Source: an uncultured Barnesiella sp. (GTDB lineage: Bacteria > Bacteroidota > Bacteroidia > Bacteroidales > Barnesiellaceae_A). From it: a stretch of 64,000 bases of DNA. The notes beneath the pieces were generated by a model that was not told where the DNA came from, did not search any database, and saw only the letters and a program-made list of their open reading frames with translations. Made by a program: the position numbers and the translations under genes. Location: assembly GCA_944321085.1 (NCBI GenBank), contig CALUJY010000006.1, positions 103,193 through 167,192 of the forward strand, given 5' to 3'. Numbering within the stretch: position 1 is the stretch's first letter; each line of letters begins with the position of its first letter. Shown piece after piece: positions 1 through 10,800 of the stretch.

Positions 1-52
1 GAGACGGGAAAATTTTATATATATTTTGGGGGCAGGTAAATAAAGATGAAGT

Positions 53-970
53 ATGAAGAAGATATTGACGGTGTTTGTCGTGGTGCTTTGCACAAGTATG
101 GTCGCAGCATTCTCGCAAGAAGATGCAAGTGAAAGATATGCCGACTTGTCTGGGGAGATAGCAGCCGTTGCAAATGGTAAAAGAGCCGTTGTGAGCGTGT
201 CGGTACTCGACGACGGTGGCAATACGGTGGCGGGAGTGAATGATAGCATTATGTTCCCTTTATTGAGCGTATTCAAGTTCCCTTGTGCCCTTGCCGTCTT
301 AGATAAGATGTCGCGAGAGAATATCCCGATGGATAGTTGTCTGTATATATCGAAAGCTCAATTACCGTCGGGCACATACAGCCCCTTGCGAGAACTTTAT
401 CCCGAAGGAGGTGTTTTTCTCTCCCTATCGCAGTTACTGACATATAGCCTCTCATTGAGCGATAATAACGCGTGCGATATTTTGATAGAATGGGTGGGCG
501 GGGTAGAAACCGTACAAGCCTATATGGAGAAACACGGATTTCGAAATATAAAGATATGTGCCGATGAAGCCGATATGCACGCGACAACCGGTTTGCAGAG
601 CCTCAATGCGGCGCCGCCTCGTGATGTGGCGCACTTGTTCTATCGGTGTTTTGCAACCGATTGGTTGCCTCGGGCGCATCGCGATTTCTTGGAACATGTA
701 TTGTTGCAGACGGCAACAGGACAGGACAAATTGGTGGCCGGGCTGCCTCCGGCTGCCGCGGTCGGGCATAAAACAGGCTCGTCAGACCGTGATGCCGATG
801 GTAAGAAGATAGCCGACAACGATGCAGGCTTTGTACTCCTTCCCGATGGCAGTCGTTACTACATAGCGGTTTTCGTGTGCGATTCGTATGAAAGCGATGC
901 CGCCAATGCTGCAATTATTGCAGCCATATCGTCATTGGCGTATGAGTATATGTGCCGCTATGCTCGATGA
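53..970 (+). CDS. Class A (serine) beta-lactamase, secreted
   Basis: 305-aa ORF with a signal peptide. It carries S-x-x-K (SVFK, nt 266-277), SDN (aa 136-138) and KTG (aa 240-242) boxes in Ambler class A order and spacing. By eye it resembles the Bacteroidetes CepA/CblA/CfxA-type group. Confidence 0.85.
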   Translation: MKKILTVFVVVLCTSMVAAFSQEDASERYADLSGEIAAVANGKRAVVSVSVLDDGGNTVAGVNDSIMFPLLSVFKFPCALAVLDKMSRENIPMDSCLYISKAQLPSGTYSPLRELYPEGGVFLSLSQLLTYSLSLSDNNACDILIEWVGGVETVQAYMEKHGFRNIKICADEADMHATTGLQSLNAAPPRDVAHLFYRCFATDWLPRAHRDFLEHVLLQTATGQDKLVAGLPPAAAVGHKTGSSDRDADGKKIADNDAGFVLLPDGSRYYIAVFVCDSYESDAANAAIIAAISSLAYEYMCRYAR

Positions 971-1058
971 CCTGTTTAGACGGGGTAGGCACGGCTGCCC
1001 TGTTGCAGGTGCCGAATCTTATCGTTCAGTCCGGTTTTCTATATCTATAATATAAGCT

Positions 1059-1095
1059 GAGGGCGTGCCTCGATTTTTCAATCGGACACGCCCTC
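1059..1095. terminator. Bidirectional stem-loop between the convergent bla and 2231-aa genes
   Basis: GAGGGCGTG ... CACGCCCTC forms a 9-bp GC-rich stem around a T-rich loop. Confidence 0.55.
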
Positions 1096-1118
1096 GGTGG
1101 AAGCAGGACAATTGTGTG

Positions 1119-4100
1119 TTATCGTTTTACTAAAATTTTCCCGTTGTGTCGGCCGGCATATATCAGATATACTCCTTCGGGCATACCCGAAGCGTCGATG
1201 ATATATGGAGCAGATTCGAAGGTCATACCCGAGTGTACGATTTTGCCGCTTGCATCGAAGAGTATCACCGGTGTCCCTTGTTTGAGGCCTTCGGCAACGA
1301 TAGAACCTTCTTTGCAATAGAAGCGTACAGCTCCGACAAGGTTGGCGTCGATACCCGATGCTTCAATTCTGACGATGTTAGAACCTACTTCTCCGCAACC
1401 CGAGTAAATAGCTGTTACTTGGTATTCATAGTAGTTGCCGAAGTGCTCTTCATTGTCGAGATATTGAGTCGTTTGCAATGGGTTTTCGTTGAGTAACTCG
1501 CTGTTGCAATATACATTGTATCCGTCGAAAGCGTTGCGGGTAGAGCTTGCCGGTTGTGCAAGAGGCACGCTGCGCAGAGCGGTATTGCCTTGTGCATTCA
1601 CTCGAATACGAGGTGCGAATGTCTGAGCAACCTTTTGGCTCGGTTGGGCGGCACTTGACGTGCTGTCTTCGGCGTATGCACGCAGTCCGAGGGTGATGTT
1701 CCAGTTACCATCTATACTGTTGGAGGTAAGCGTAGACCATGTCACACCGTCGGAAGAGTACAAGTCGCCTTTGCCGACTATGGCAGGGCCTTCGTCGTAT
1801 CCGAGCGGTACCGATATTTCGTTATGCTCTATGTATATAACGACCCGGAGACTCTTGTTGTTATCGATTCGTATGGGGTTGTCCAAGATTACGGTGTTGA
1901 AGCTGTATTGTTGCAATTCGGATACGTATTGCTGAGCAATCAGTTCGCTGCCTTTGTAAACCAATACAAATAGAGCATCGGGTATTTGGTTGATGTAGAA
2001 CTCAACCTCAGAAAGCGATAGCGAGGTATATTGCGACAGCTCGTCGGCACTCCATTCTACACCTGCAAAATAGCAACCGCCGCTGGGCAGTCCGGCTGCG
2101 TCGTAGGCGTTGCCGCTATGCCATTTCAGGTTGATGGCATCGCCCAAGGCCGGTGCACTCCAAGAGAGTTGACGCCCCTCTTCGGTTCTTTCTACCGAGA
2201 GATGTCCCGGGCGTTGGCAATTGTTGCTGTAATCTACGTTTACTGTAATCTCATCGGAGAGTTCGCTTATGCAGGAAGTTACATAGTATGCACGTACTTG
2301 ATAAGAATAAGTTCCCGGCAGAAGGTTGTGGTCGGTGTAGCTTATTGTCGATACGGGGCTTTCGTTCAGCTGTACTCCATCTCTGAATATGTCATAACCG
2401 TAGATTTGCCCGGCATCCTGACTGTTTATCGAAATAGCATCTACATACTGTGCTGCGACACTCTTATCGACACTCAATGCGATATATCGGGTGCTTGAAG
2501 GCAACGTGAAAGAGTATTTCTTCCATGCTTCGGTAGTTGTGGCATATTGCAGAGGTATGAAGTCGGTTGTGAGCGTACTTCCCGTAGAGGTAAGTATTCT
2601 GATACTTCCGTTTCCTTTATGATCGTCGCTGTTGCGGGCTATGAATGAGAATACGAAATCTTCGTCGTAGCCGCTAACCGGAATAATGAGGTAGCCGTTG
2701 TTTCCTGCATTGGAGATGAGCGAGTTTACACCTTCGTAGGCATCGGCATCTGTTACACTCCATGCCTCGTCGGTATTTGTCCATTCAGTCCGAGCAAAAG
2801 GCTCTTCGGCCGTACCCTCTTCTGCGCTTTCGTATGTGTCGGTAAGCATTGCCGTGGCGTCAACATACGAAACAACAACATCGTAACCATACGTTGTTTG
2901 CCGGCCTTTTATATCGATAGGCGCATCGCAAATGTCGGTATCGTATATTTCGGCTGTTGCAATCGGCGATTTACCCGATGTTGTGCCGTCGATGTATACG
3001 GTCTCTATTTCATAGTTATATTCTCCCGGTTCTGTCTCTTCTTCGGTGAAAGAACGGTATTTCAGCGGTGTGTCATTGCGTTTCTCACCGTTTCGGTACA
3101 CGTTGTATCCTTCGAGACCCGGGATGCTTCCCAAATCAAAGAATATGAAGCGGCTGTTGGAGGGCTCTTGTAGCGTGAGAGCAAGCAGGGTGAGGCCTTC
3201 CCGGGTGGTTATGACCGACATACCTCCGGCCGAAGCATTGGTCTCGGGGTTTATCTCTACATAATCGCCCAAGTCTATGCTGGCAATAGTTTCGCCTGTG
3301 GCGAAGTCATAGCTGCACAAGGTATAACGGCTGTCGCGCCCTTGCTCGAAAGCATATAATATACCGTTATAGTAGGCTGTGCCGGCTGCTCCTAAATAAG
3401 AGGGGCCGTTGCCTAACTTTGCGCCTTGCTTTGTCACATAGATACTCGTTTCCCAGTCGCCAACTTCAAATCCGCCTCGGCCGTTGTCGAGGTCGGGTAT
3501 ATACGTCACGTGGAGAGCTATCTCTGAGATAGAGATGGTATCTGTGACAGTTTTGTTTTCCATATCCAGTTGGTAGATACTGCTCGACTCCGAGTCGGCG
3601 GCGTAGAAGTGTGTGCCGTCGAATGTAAGGTTGCGTATTCCCTCCATGGTGTTGCTGACAGTAAAGCTCTCTATAAACTCTCCATCAAGGGTATATTTAT
3701 TGATAGTTCCGTTCGAACTGTGCATAGAGGTATAGATATATTTGCCGTCAGAGGCTACGCCCATTTCTCCCGGGATATAGCCGCGGAACATGCTTACGAA
3801 TTCGGGGTATCCTTCACGGCAGGTGACATTGGTGATTTCCGTGTCGATGGGGAATGAGCTGCCTTGTTCCAACGGGAAATCCCACCGCAGTCTGATGGTA
3901 CGGTTATACTCTACGTCGGCATGTAGGTTCGTCGGAGCATACGGCGTGCCTAAATCGATGATTTTTACCTGTGTGGCGTCGGAGAGAGACGACTCGCCTC
4001 CATTGTCGTAAACCGAAGAAACCTGATAGTTGTATGTGCCCGGTGCTGACAGTTCCTCTTGATAAGTAAAACCTGTGACGGGGGTATCGTTGACTCGCGT

Positions 4101-7100
4101 GCCATCGCGATAGATGTTATAGCCTGAGGGAGCTTCTTCTGTCGATGACGAAGGTGACAAGTGAATAGACATGTTGAAGTTGTTGCTTCCCAATCCTAAA
4201 TAGGTTGCCGGGAACCATTCTTTACCATCGGACGAAAAGAGGTTGCCTTTTCCGTTGACGGCTGCTGTACCGTCAATACCTATCGGACGCATACCTGCCT
4301 CATGAGATACGAGGAAGACGACTTTATAATTGTATCCCCGTTCTATGGTCACAGGATTGGTTACGGCAAAAGCATTAAACTCGCCGTACTTTACTTCGGA
4401 GCGAATGGTTTGCGATACGATACGCTGGTCGTCTTTGTAGATTTGCAGCGATAGCGAGGTATATTGTTCTTGTATGAATAGCTCTACCGTATCCAATACC
4501 ATACCACGGTATTCTATCAAATCGTCGTATTCCCAAGCAGTACCAGCCCAGAAGTATCCGCCATCGGTTAGACCTATGGCATCGCTGTTGGTGCCGTTAT
4601 CCCAACGCAAGGTTGCGGCAGTTTGCTGCTTTTCGGAAGGCGATTGCCACGATAGCGTTACATCTTTGTTACCGGAGACGGTGTTCGTCAGTCCGGTAGG
4701 TGCAAAATAGGGTGCTCCGATTTTTACGTTTACTTGTGCTTTGTCCGATTGTACCGACTCTTTCTCTCCATCGTATAAAGCGGTTACGGTGTAGGTGTAA
4801 TCGCCGTGTACGACATTTTCGTCACGGTAAGGTATGGTGGTAACCGGTGTTTCCGTGATTTTTGTTTCGTTACGGTAGATGTTGTATCCGATGGGAGTTT
4901 TGTCGCTGCTTCCGTTTTCCCAAGAAATCACGACAGTTGCATCACCCTCAGTTTGGGCCGTGACGTTTATGGGTCGCGGCGAGACCGATGCGCCCGTTAC
5001 GGTGTAGCTGATGGGTACGACTTGTTTTTCGGTTCCCGGCAAAGTAGATATATTCAATGACGATGTGTAGGTCTCGCCTACGATGCCGTTGCGAGCATCG
5101 AAGTTTACGGTGATAGTATTCTCCTCGCCGCTTTCCAGTAGGTTCGTTTTGGGTTCGAAGGAGAACCACGACTCTACATCGCACAACTTATATACGAAGA
5201 TACGCGACGGCGATTGTTGCAAGATACCTATCAACGAAAGGGTTCCGTCTACGATATTGGTCGAAGTCTCTATACCGCAAATATAGTTCGGCCCGCCAAC
5301 GACGCCTATTTGGTATCCGGGAATGTCGCTTACATTATGCTCTACTGTTGTGACTTTGCGGGTGTTTATATTATATTGCGAGATGGCAACCTTGTCGATG
5401 GTGTTTGTTCCCGAGACCATTTGGTTCCCAAACCATAGATACGGACCTCCCGGCGTTATGTTGTCGAATGCCGAGCCGTAAACGGCAACTTCTACCTCGG
5501 TAGAAATGTCATGGAATGCAACGGTGACGTTTCCATCGCGGTCGATACGTCCCAGAGTGTAGAAACCACCTACCCAAAATTGGTCGTTGCGGGTATCGTA
5601 GGCACAGTGTGTTATCTTCAAATCGGGTTCTGATGTGATGGTTATTTTTTTGACGATACGTTTGTTCTTGAAGTCTAATTGATACAAGGAGTTTGTATTG
5701 TCGCTACCATAGAAATAGGTACCGTCAAAAGTTAAATCGTACAACTTGTAATACATGTTGGGAATGGTGAATTCTTCGATGAAGTTGCCCTCGGCGTCAT
5801 ATTTGAAATATGTGCCAAAGTAGTACCACGATGCAGTGTAATAAAATTCGCCATCGAAAGCTATCGATGTTTGCAAGTCGCCTGAGGCATCGAACGTTTT
5901 TTGTATATCCCAGCGGTTGGTAATGTCGCCCGAGTTGGCAGGATAGGATGCTTCTATTGTATAATATAGCGGTCCGTCTCCTTCGTTTTTCAATGTTAGT
6001 TCACGGGAGACTTTCTCTTCTGCCAGCATATCGGCATGTATCGAGGTGGCACCAACGGTTAGTAAGGGTTGTGTAATATTGGCGGTGAACGTGTTGGTTG
6101 CGTCGCCGGTTATCTCCCATTTGCCAGAGAAAGGATTGCAACCCTCTTTTTCTATCGTTATTGTATAACTTCCTTTTTCAATCTGTGAGAAGTTGACTTG
6201 CCCGTTCACATCGGTTGTTACGGAGAGCTCGGCTCCGTGGTCGGCAACCAGCGTTACGGGGCAATCGGCTACCGGCATACCTTGTGATTGTACGGTCAGT
6301 TGAGCTGTTGTCCATTCAGGGTCCCATACCTTTATATCGTCGACATACCAATAATCTATGTAAGAAGCGTTTGCACCGTGAGCTCTGAATCGTATGCGGA
6401 ATATTTCGTTGCTTAACACGTTGCTTAGGCTGAACTGCTCGATGCGAGGCTCATAAGAGCCTTCGGCATTGTCAAAGGAGGCAATGTTGAGCCATGTTGC
6501 ACCGTCGTCGCAGGTTACTTCTACCGAGAGGGTGTCTCCTTCGACATTGTTGTAGTTGACATGGCGCAGTTTGAAACGCAAATAAACCTTTTCCGTGTCT
6601 AATGTGCGTAATTCCCGAGAGATGAGCGATTGCGAGTAATTGATTATGCTTGAATATCTGTATGTGGCACAGGGATTTACCAAACCATAAGTATAATAGT
6701 CGCAGCCCCAATAATTGTTGTTTCCGTCATCGTCTATAGGAGTTTCCCAATTATCGGGGTCTATTATCCAATTATCGAAACTGTCTTCAAAAGGAAGCAG
6801 GCGGATGTCGGGAACGTTGACTGCAAGCGGTTCGGAGAGCCCTGTTTCGCTACCGTCGGCATAGACTGCCGTTACAGTATAAACGTAGTCGCCGTAATCG
6901 GGCACGATATCGGTATAAAATACCTCTTTAAGGACTTCGGTATTGACTTTCACGTTGTCTCGATAGAGGTTGAAGCCTGTAATATATTGTTCCGACTGAC
7001 TTCTGGGGCGTACTTTGTTGGTACCGATGAAGATGTCGTCAATCATTAGCATGAATGCGTCTTGTGAAACACAGTTTATGGTCACATATTTGGCTTCACT

Positions 7101-7814
7101 GGGTATTTGATATTCGTAAAGAGTCCATTCGGTAGGAACTTCTTCGTAGTCGTTTTGCGAGACGAACGTAAAATCAGATGCTAATTTCCCACTTGTCGAA
7201 TATCCTACGCGAATACGTTCAAGTCCGTAAGTGTCATTGTAGCTTTTGGCTCGGAAACTGATTTGGAAATCTTCCGTGAAGCTGAGTTCCGGCGAGATGA
7301 TAAAATCATTGTTCACTCCCCCTACGGAGGCAAAAGACACCAGGAATTTCTCGCCCGAGAAGGGTTGTATATCGGGATAATCGGCTACCGAGGGCGATGT
7401 TTTGGAGGGATTCATGACGAGGTATGCCATCTTTTGCCCTTGGTTGGGGAAAATCGTAGCTGCCCATGTGTAGGTATATTCGTTGTCCATGTCCAGGTAA
7501 TCCCATCCGATGCTGCCCGGAGAGTTGATGACAAAGTCAGGGTGGCCTTCAAAGTCTTCGAAGTATCCGTTGGTCGGTTCGGGGTTGTTCCATCGCAGCG
7601 ATACCTCTTTGTTGTCTATTCCTGTCAGTGACAGGCCATAGGGTATGCCGTCTTCTGCACCCGACAATCGCAGCGGTGCAGGAGGTAGTGCATTTTGTTC
7701 GGCAGGAGGCGGGGTAAGGTGTGACGGTTTTATTCTTTCGTCGGCGTTGCCGGCATATACATATAATAGTCCTCCTAACACTAATGCGGGCAATATATAT
7801 TGGGTATGTTTCAT
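1119..7814 (-). CDS. Giant (2231 aa) secreted modular adhesin-like protein with T9SS C-terminal sorting tail
   Basis: Uninterrupted 6.7-kb ORF with an ATG start and a signal peptide (MKHTQYILPALVLGGLLYVYA). It contains six FN3-like 'GYN(I/V)YR(D/N)G...Y.Y.V.A.Y' units and three 'FEDFE..W...D.D' jelly-roll-like modules. It also has two beta-propeller-like blocks and two lectin-like 'L.W..G...DA.GL' blocks. The last ~75 aa (..GVYLIYAGRHNGKILVKR) look like a Por-secretion tail. Confidence 0.85.
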   Translation of the reverse strand: MKHTQYILPALVLGGLLYVYAGNADERIKPSHLTPPPAEQNALPPAPLRLSGAEDGIPYGLSLTGIDNKEVSLRWNNPEPTNGYFEDFEGHPDFVINSPGSIGWDYLDMDNEYTYTWAATIFPNQGQKMAYLVMNPSKTSPSVADYPDIQPFSGEKFLVSFASVGGVNNDFIISPELSFTEDFQISFRAKSYNDTYGLERIRVGYSTSGKLASDFTFVSQNDYEEVPTEWTLYEYQIPSEAKYVTINCVSQDAFMLMIDDIFIGTNKVRPRSQSEQYITGFNLYRDNVKVNTEVLKEVFYTDIVPDYGDYVYTVTAVYADGSETGLSEPLAVNVPDIRLLPFEDSFDNWIIDPDNWETPIDDDGNNNYWGCDYYTYGLVNPCATYRYSSIINYSQSLISRELRTLDTEKVYLRFKLRHVNYNNVEGDTLSVEVTCDDGATWLNIASFDNAEGSYEPRIEQFSLSNVLSNEIFRIRFRAHGANASYIDYWYVDDIKVWDPEWTTAQLTVQSQGMPVADCPVTLVADHGAELSVTTDVNGQVNFSQIEKGSYTITIEKEGCNPFSGKWEITGDATNTFTANITQPLLTVGATSIHADMLAEEKVSRELTLKNEGDGPLYYTIEASYPANSGDITNRWDIQKTFDASGDLQTSIAFDGEFYYTASWYYFGTYFKYDAEGNFIEEFTIPNMYYKLYDLTFDGTYFYGSDNTNSLYQLDFKNKRIVKKITITSEPDLKITHCAYDTRNDQFWVGGFYTLGRIDRDGNVTVAFHDISTEVEVAVYGSAFDNITPGGPYLWFGNQMVSGTNTIDKVAISQYNINTRKVTTVEHNVSDIPGYQIGVVGGPNYICGIETSTNIVDGTLSLIGILQQSPSRIFVYKLCDVESWFSFEPKTNLLESGEENTITVNFDARNGIVGETYTSSLNISTLPGTEKQVVPISYTVTGASVSPRPINVTAQTEGDATVVISWENGSSDKTPIGYNIYRNETKITETPVTTIPYRDENVVHGDYTYTVTALYDGEKESVQSDKAQVNVKIGAPYFAPTGLTNTVSGNKDVTLSWQSPSEKQQTAATLRWDNGTNSDAIGLTDGGYFWAGTAWEYDDLIEYRGMVLDTVELFIQEQYTSLSLQIYKDDQRIVSQTIRSEVKYGEFNAFAVTNPVTIERGYNYKVVFLVSHEAGMRPIGIDGTAAVNGKGNLFSSDGKEWFPATYLGLGSNNFNMSIHLSPSSSTEEAPSGYNIYRDGTRVNDTPVTGFTYQEELSAPGTYNYQVSSVYDNGGESSLSDATQVKIIDLGTPYAPTNLHADVEYNRTIRLRWDFPLEQGSSFPIDTEITNVTCREGYPEFVSMFRGYIPGEMGVASDGKYIYTSMHSSNGTINKYTLDGEFIESFTVSNTMEGIRNLTFDGTHFYAADSESSSIYQLDMENKTVTDTISISEIALHVTYIPDLDNGRGGFEVGDWETSIYVTKQGAKLGNGPSYLGAAGTAYYNGILYAFEQGRDSRYTLCSYDFATGETIASIDLGDYVEINPETNASAGGMSVITTREGLTLLALTLQEPSNSRFIFFDLGSIPGLEGYNVYRNGEKRNDTPLKYRSFTEEETEPGEYNYEIETVYIDGTTSGKSPIATAEIYDTDICDAPIDIKGRQTTYGYDVVVSYVDATAMLTDTYESAEEGTAEEPFARTEWTNTDEAWSVTDADAYEGVNSLISNAGNNGYLIIPVSGYDEDFVFSFIARNSDDHKGNGSIRILTSTGSTLTTDFIPLQYATTTEAWKKYSFTLPSSTRYIALSVDKSVAAQYVDAISINSQDAGQIYGYDIFRDGVQLNESPVSTISYTDHNLLPGTYSYQVRAYYVTSCISELSDEITVNVDYSNNCQRPGHLSVERTEEGRQLSWSAPALGDAINLKWHSGNAYDAAGLPSGGCYFAGVEWSADELSQYTSLSLSEVEFYINQIPDALFVLVYKGSELIAQQYVSELQQYSFNTVILDNPIRIDNNKSLRVVIYIEHNEISVPLGYDEGPAIVGKGDLYSSDGVTWSTLTSNSIDGNWNITLGLRAYAEDSTSSAAQPSQKVAQTFAPRIRVNAQGNTALRSVPLAQPASSTRNAFDGYNVYCNSELLNENPLQTTQYLDNEEHFGNYYEYQVTAIYSGCGEVGSNIVRIEASGIDANLVGAVRFYCKEGSIVAEGLKQGTPVILFDASGKIVHSGMTFESAPYIIDASGMPEGVYLIYAGRHNGKILVKR

Positions 7815-7825
7815 TGTTTGAGAGT

Positions 7826-10800
7826 TTATGGGTTAACAACAAGTTTTATTATGCGGCCCTCTTCGTTGTGTATGAGGCGGATGATGAGAACGCCTTGGTA
7901 TCCCCCTACACCGAATGAGCATTCGTTTCCATCGACAATGTTGTTATAAAGCAATACACCGTCGGCGGTAGAGCATAGCACGCGGGTATGTTGTGCGAGG
8001 TTTCTGATGCATACGTTGCCGTTTTCTACGACGGCAAAGGCTTTGTCGACAGCGTGGAGCGATACATTGTCGGGAGCACTGAAATATGCTGTCTCAGAAG
8101 CATCGTAGAAGAGAACACCGTCGCCGGAATATACCGTAGCAGCATATTTCTTACCCGACAGGAACTCATCGGGAGTAGTCTCTATAATGTTGACAAAAGA
8201 GTTCTCGACATATCCCTCACTCAACATGTTGCATACATATCCGTCGTTGTATTGCAGGGTGAAATATTTTATTTTCAGGTTTCGGCCTCCGTGTTGGCAG
8301 GTGATGCGCAACTTACGGTATAGCTTGTTTTGGAGGTACGATGAGAGCAGATGTTCTGAGCCCTCGTTGTCGTATGCCGATTTGCGTATGCTGGGACCTA
8401 TTTGTTCCCAAGTTGTACCATCGCAAGACCCTTCGATGGTAAGGAGGCTCGTGCCGGTTGGGCCCGATGTGGTAACGATAAACATACAGTCGATGATGCC
8501 ATCGGGGTAATCGCGGGTTTCCACGACACCGTTTTCAGAGAAGAAGATGGTACCTGTGCTTATATCGGCATTTCCGTCTGTTACATACAAGTCGCTTACG
8601 GGTACAAATACGGCGTTGGTATATACTTCGTCGGTTACCTCCGAAAATTCCAGATAATATCGTACGGCATTTTCTATCGGAGTCCATTCCAGGTACAAAC
8701 CGTTATCGGTTGACTCGAATTTTGTAATGCGCGGGGTATCGAGTTTGCTGGCAAGGTATATTTGCCACAACCACAGGCTGCCTTGCAACTTCTCTGAGTG
8801 GCAAACGAAGGCGATGTAAATCTCTTGCCCCTCGTACTCTTTCAGGTCTATCTCCTCGGGAACCTGTACGCCGAAATTGTCGGCAAAAGAGTAGCGTTTC
8901 ACCAGATGGAAGTCTTCTATTTCGCGCGAATGAGTAGAGACATATATGTCTAAGTTTTCTACGGTGGTGGTTTCTACCACACCTCTGACGAAATATAGGC
9001 AGCCGTTTTCGGGCACGAGCATGCGGGTAGAGATGAGCCAATCATCGGCATTGTTCCAGTAGTCAAACTGGTATAACATGCCGTCGGCATTCTCATCGAA
9101 AATCCATGTCGTTCCGTCTTTGTTGTTATCGATGATTTTCCAGCAATCGGGTTCACCATCAGTCCATGAGGAGAAATCGGCGATATATGGTGCAACGGCT
9201 ACTTGACATTCGGTAGAGAATGGTATGGCCGAGCCGTAGACAACGCTGTTGTCAGCGAGAATCATATATGCGCGTACGTTGTAGCTGGTGCCGGGTTCGA
9301 GACCTGTTATTATATATGATATTGTATCGGCAATTTCTACGGTATGACGGTAGCTATCGATGGTGGGTTCTTCTTGGGTAGCCCAGCAGAATCCCATTTC
9401 GGTGATAGATTGTGTTTTGTTTACGACAATGGCTTGTGCCTCGGCCGATGTATCGCGTATGTTTTTGGGTGTTAAGGTTTTCAGTATGTTTTGTTGCGTA
9501 ACGCCACCTTTTACTTGGAAGTAGATGATGCCACCCTCTTCGCGGATGTTGGTGACGGGGGTATTTGTTGCTTCGCCAGCCCAGTTGAGGGAGTTCGGGG
9601 TTGATGTGTCGGTAAATTCGGTATTGCCCGAACGCCCCGGATAGGTATCGCCGTTACGTGAGTTGGTATCGTCGATACCGTCGGCAGCTTTGATATAAAG
9701 ACAACGGTGTTTTGAGTTATTGTTGGGGCCGTTTACCGACCAATATTCTTCTACCATCTCTTGCGTATAGTCGTAGTGATAGATGAGTAGTCCGTGAGCC
9801 GGCAGATATGTGTCCCATCCTTCGCGTTGACGATTTTCCAAGACAAACCACTCGTATCCCGTACCTTCCTCGCGTCCCGGTTGAGCATCGATGTAGCGGG
9901 CGGCATTGGTGTAGAGAGGTTGCAAGGCTACATCTTCGGGTTCTGATAATTCTACCGGGTCGCACCATCCCATTTGCATACGCTCAAAAGCCATCAGATA
10001 TGGAGGGGTGCGGCTGTCGTTGTTGTAGCTGCCCGAGGCGTAAAGGGTGTATGCTCCGGGGTCTAAGCCGTATCCGTTGAGGTAGTCGTCGGTATCGTAG
10101 AGGTCTTTGAGACCGAGAATGTGTCCGAATTCGTGGGTAAATGTACCTATACCATCCATCTTTGTACCCGATGCGCCTACCAGCTCGGCCGAGCATCCGT
10201 AGTTGTTGATAGTAATTCCGTCGATGGTGATGGCTTCATCACTGAGAGTCCAGCTGTGTGGCCACATGTCGTTCTCGTTGCCTGTGCTGGCTTCGCTATA
10301 TCCGGCGTAAATGATATTTACGTTGTCCATGTAACCGTCTTTATCATTGTCGAATATCGAGAAATCGATTTGAGGGTTGTCCTCTTTGGCAAGGTTACAT
10401 GCTTCTATGACCATGGCGCGCGGATTTATATCGCCGCTTCCGTCATCGGCATTGGCTGCATAGTAGCTTTGTTCATGCGCTAAGGTATAGGGGCCGACAA
10501 CGGTAAAGTTGGGGATAAACTTGCCCATGGAGTTGTCGCGATAATAATCTTTTACACTACCTGTTCCTCCGTCAGTATCATATCCCGGTTCGTTGAGCCA
10601 TAAGTCGAAGTCGTTTTGGGTAAAATGGAAAGCACAGTCTTTGAAATTGACTAATATAACCAAGTATTGGCTTTCGGCAGCATTTTCGCCGGCAGGAAGT
10701 GACGGTGAAACGATATGACGGCTTAAAAATCTGCCCGGTTTTTTAGTGATGTTGGGGCGGTTTGCCATTAATTGTGCTTGCAGCTTCTTTGCAGGAACAA

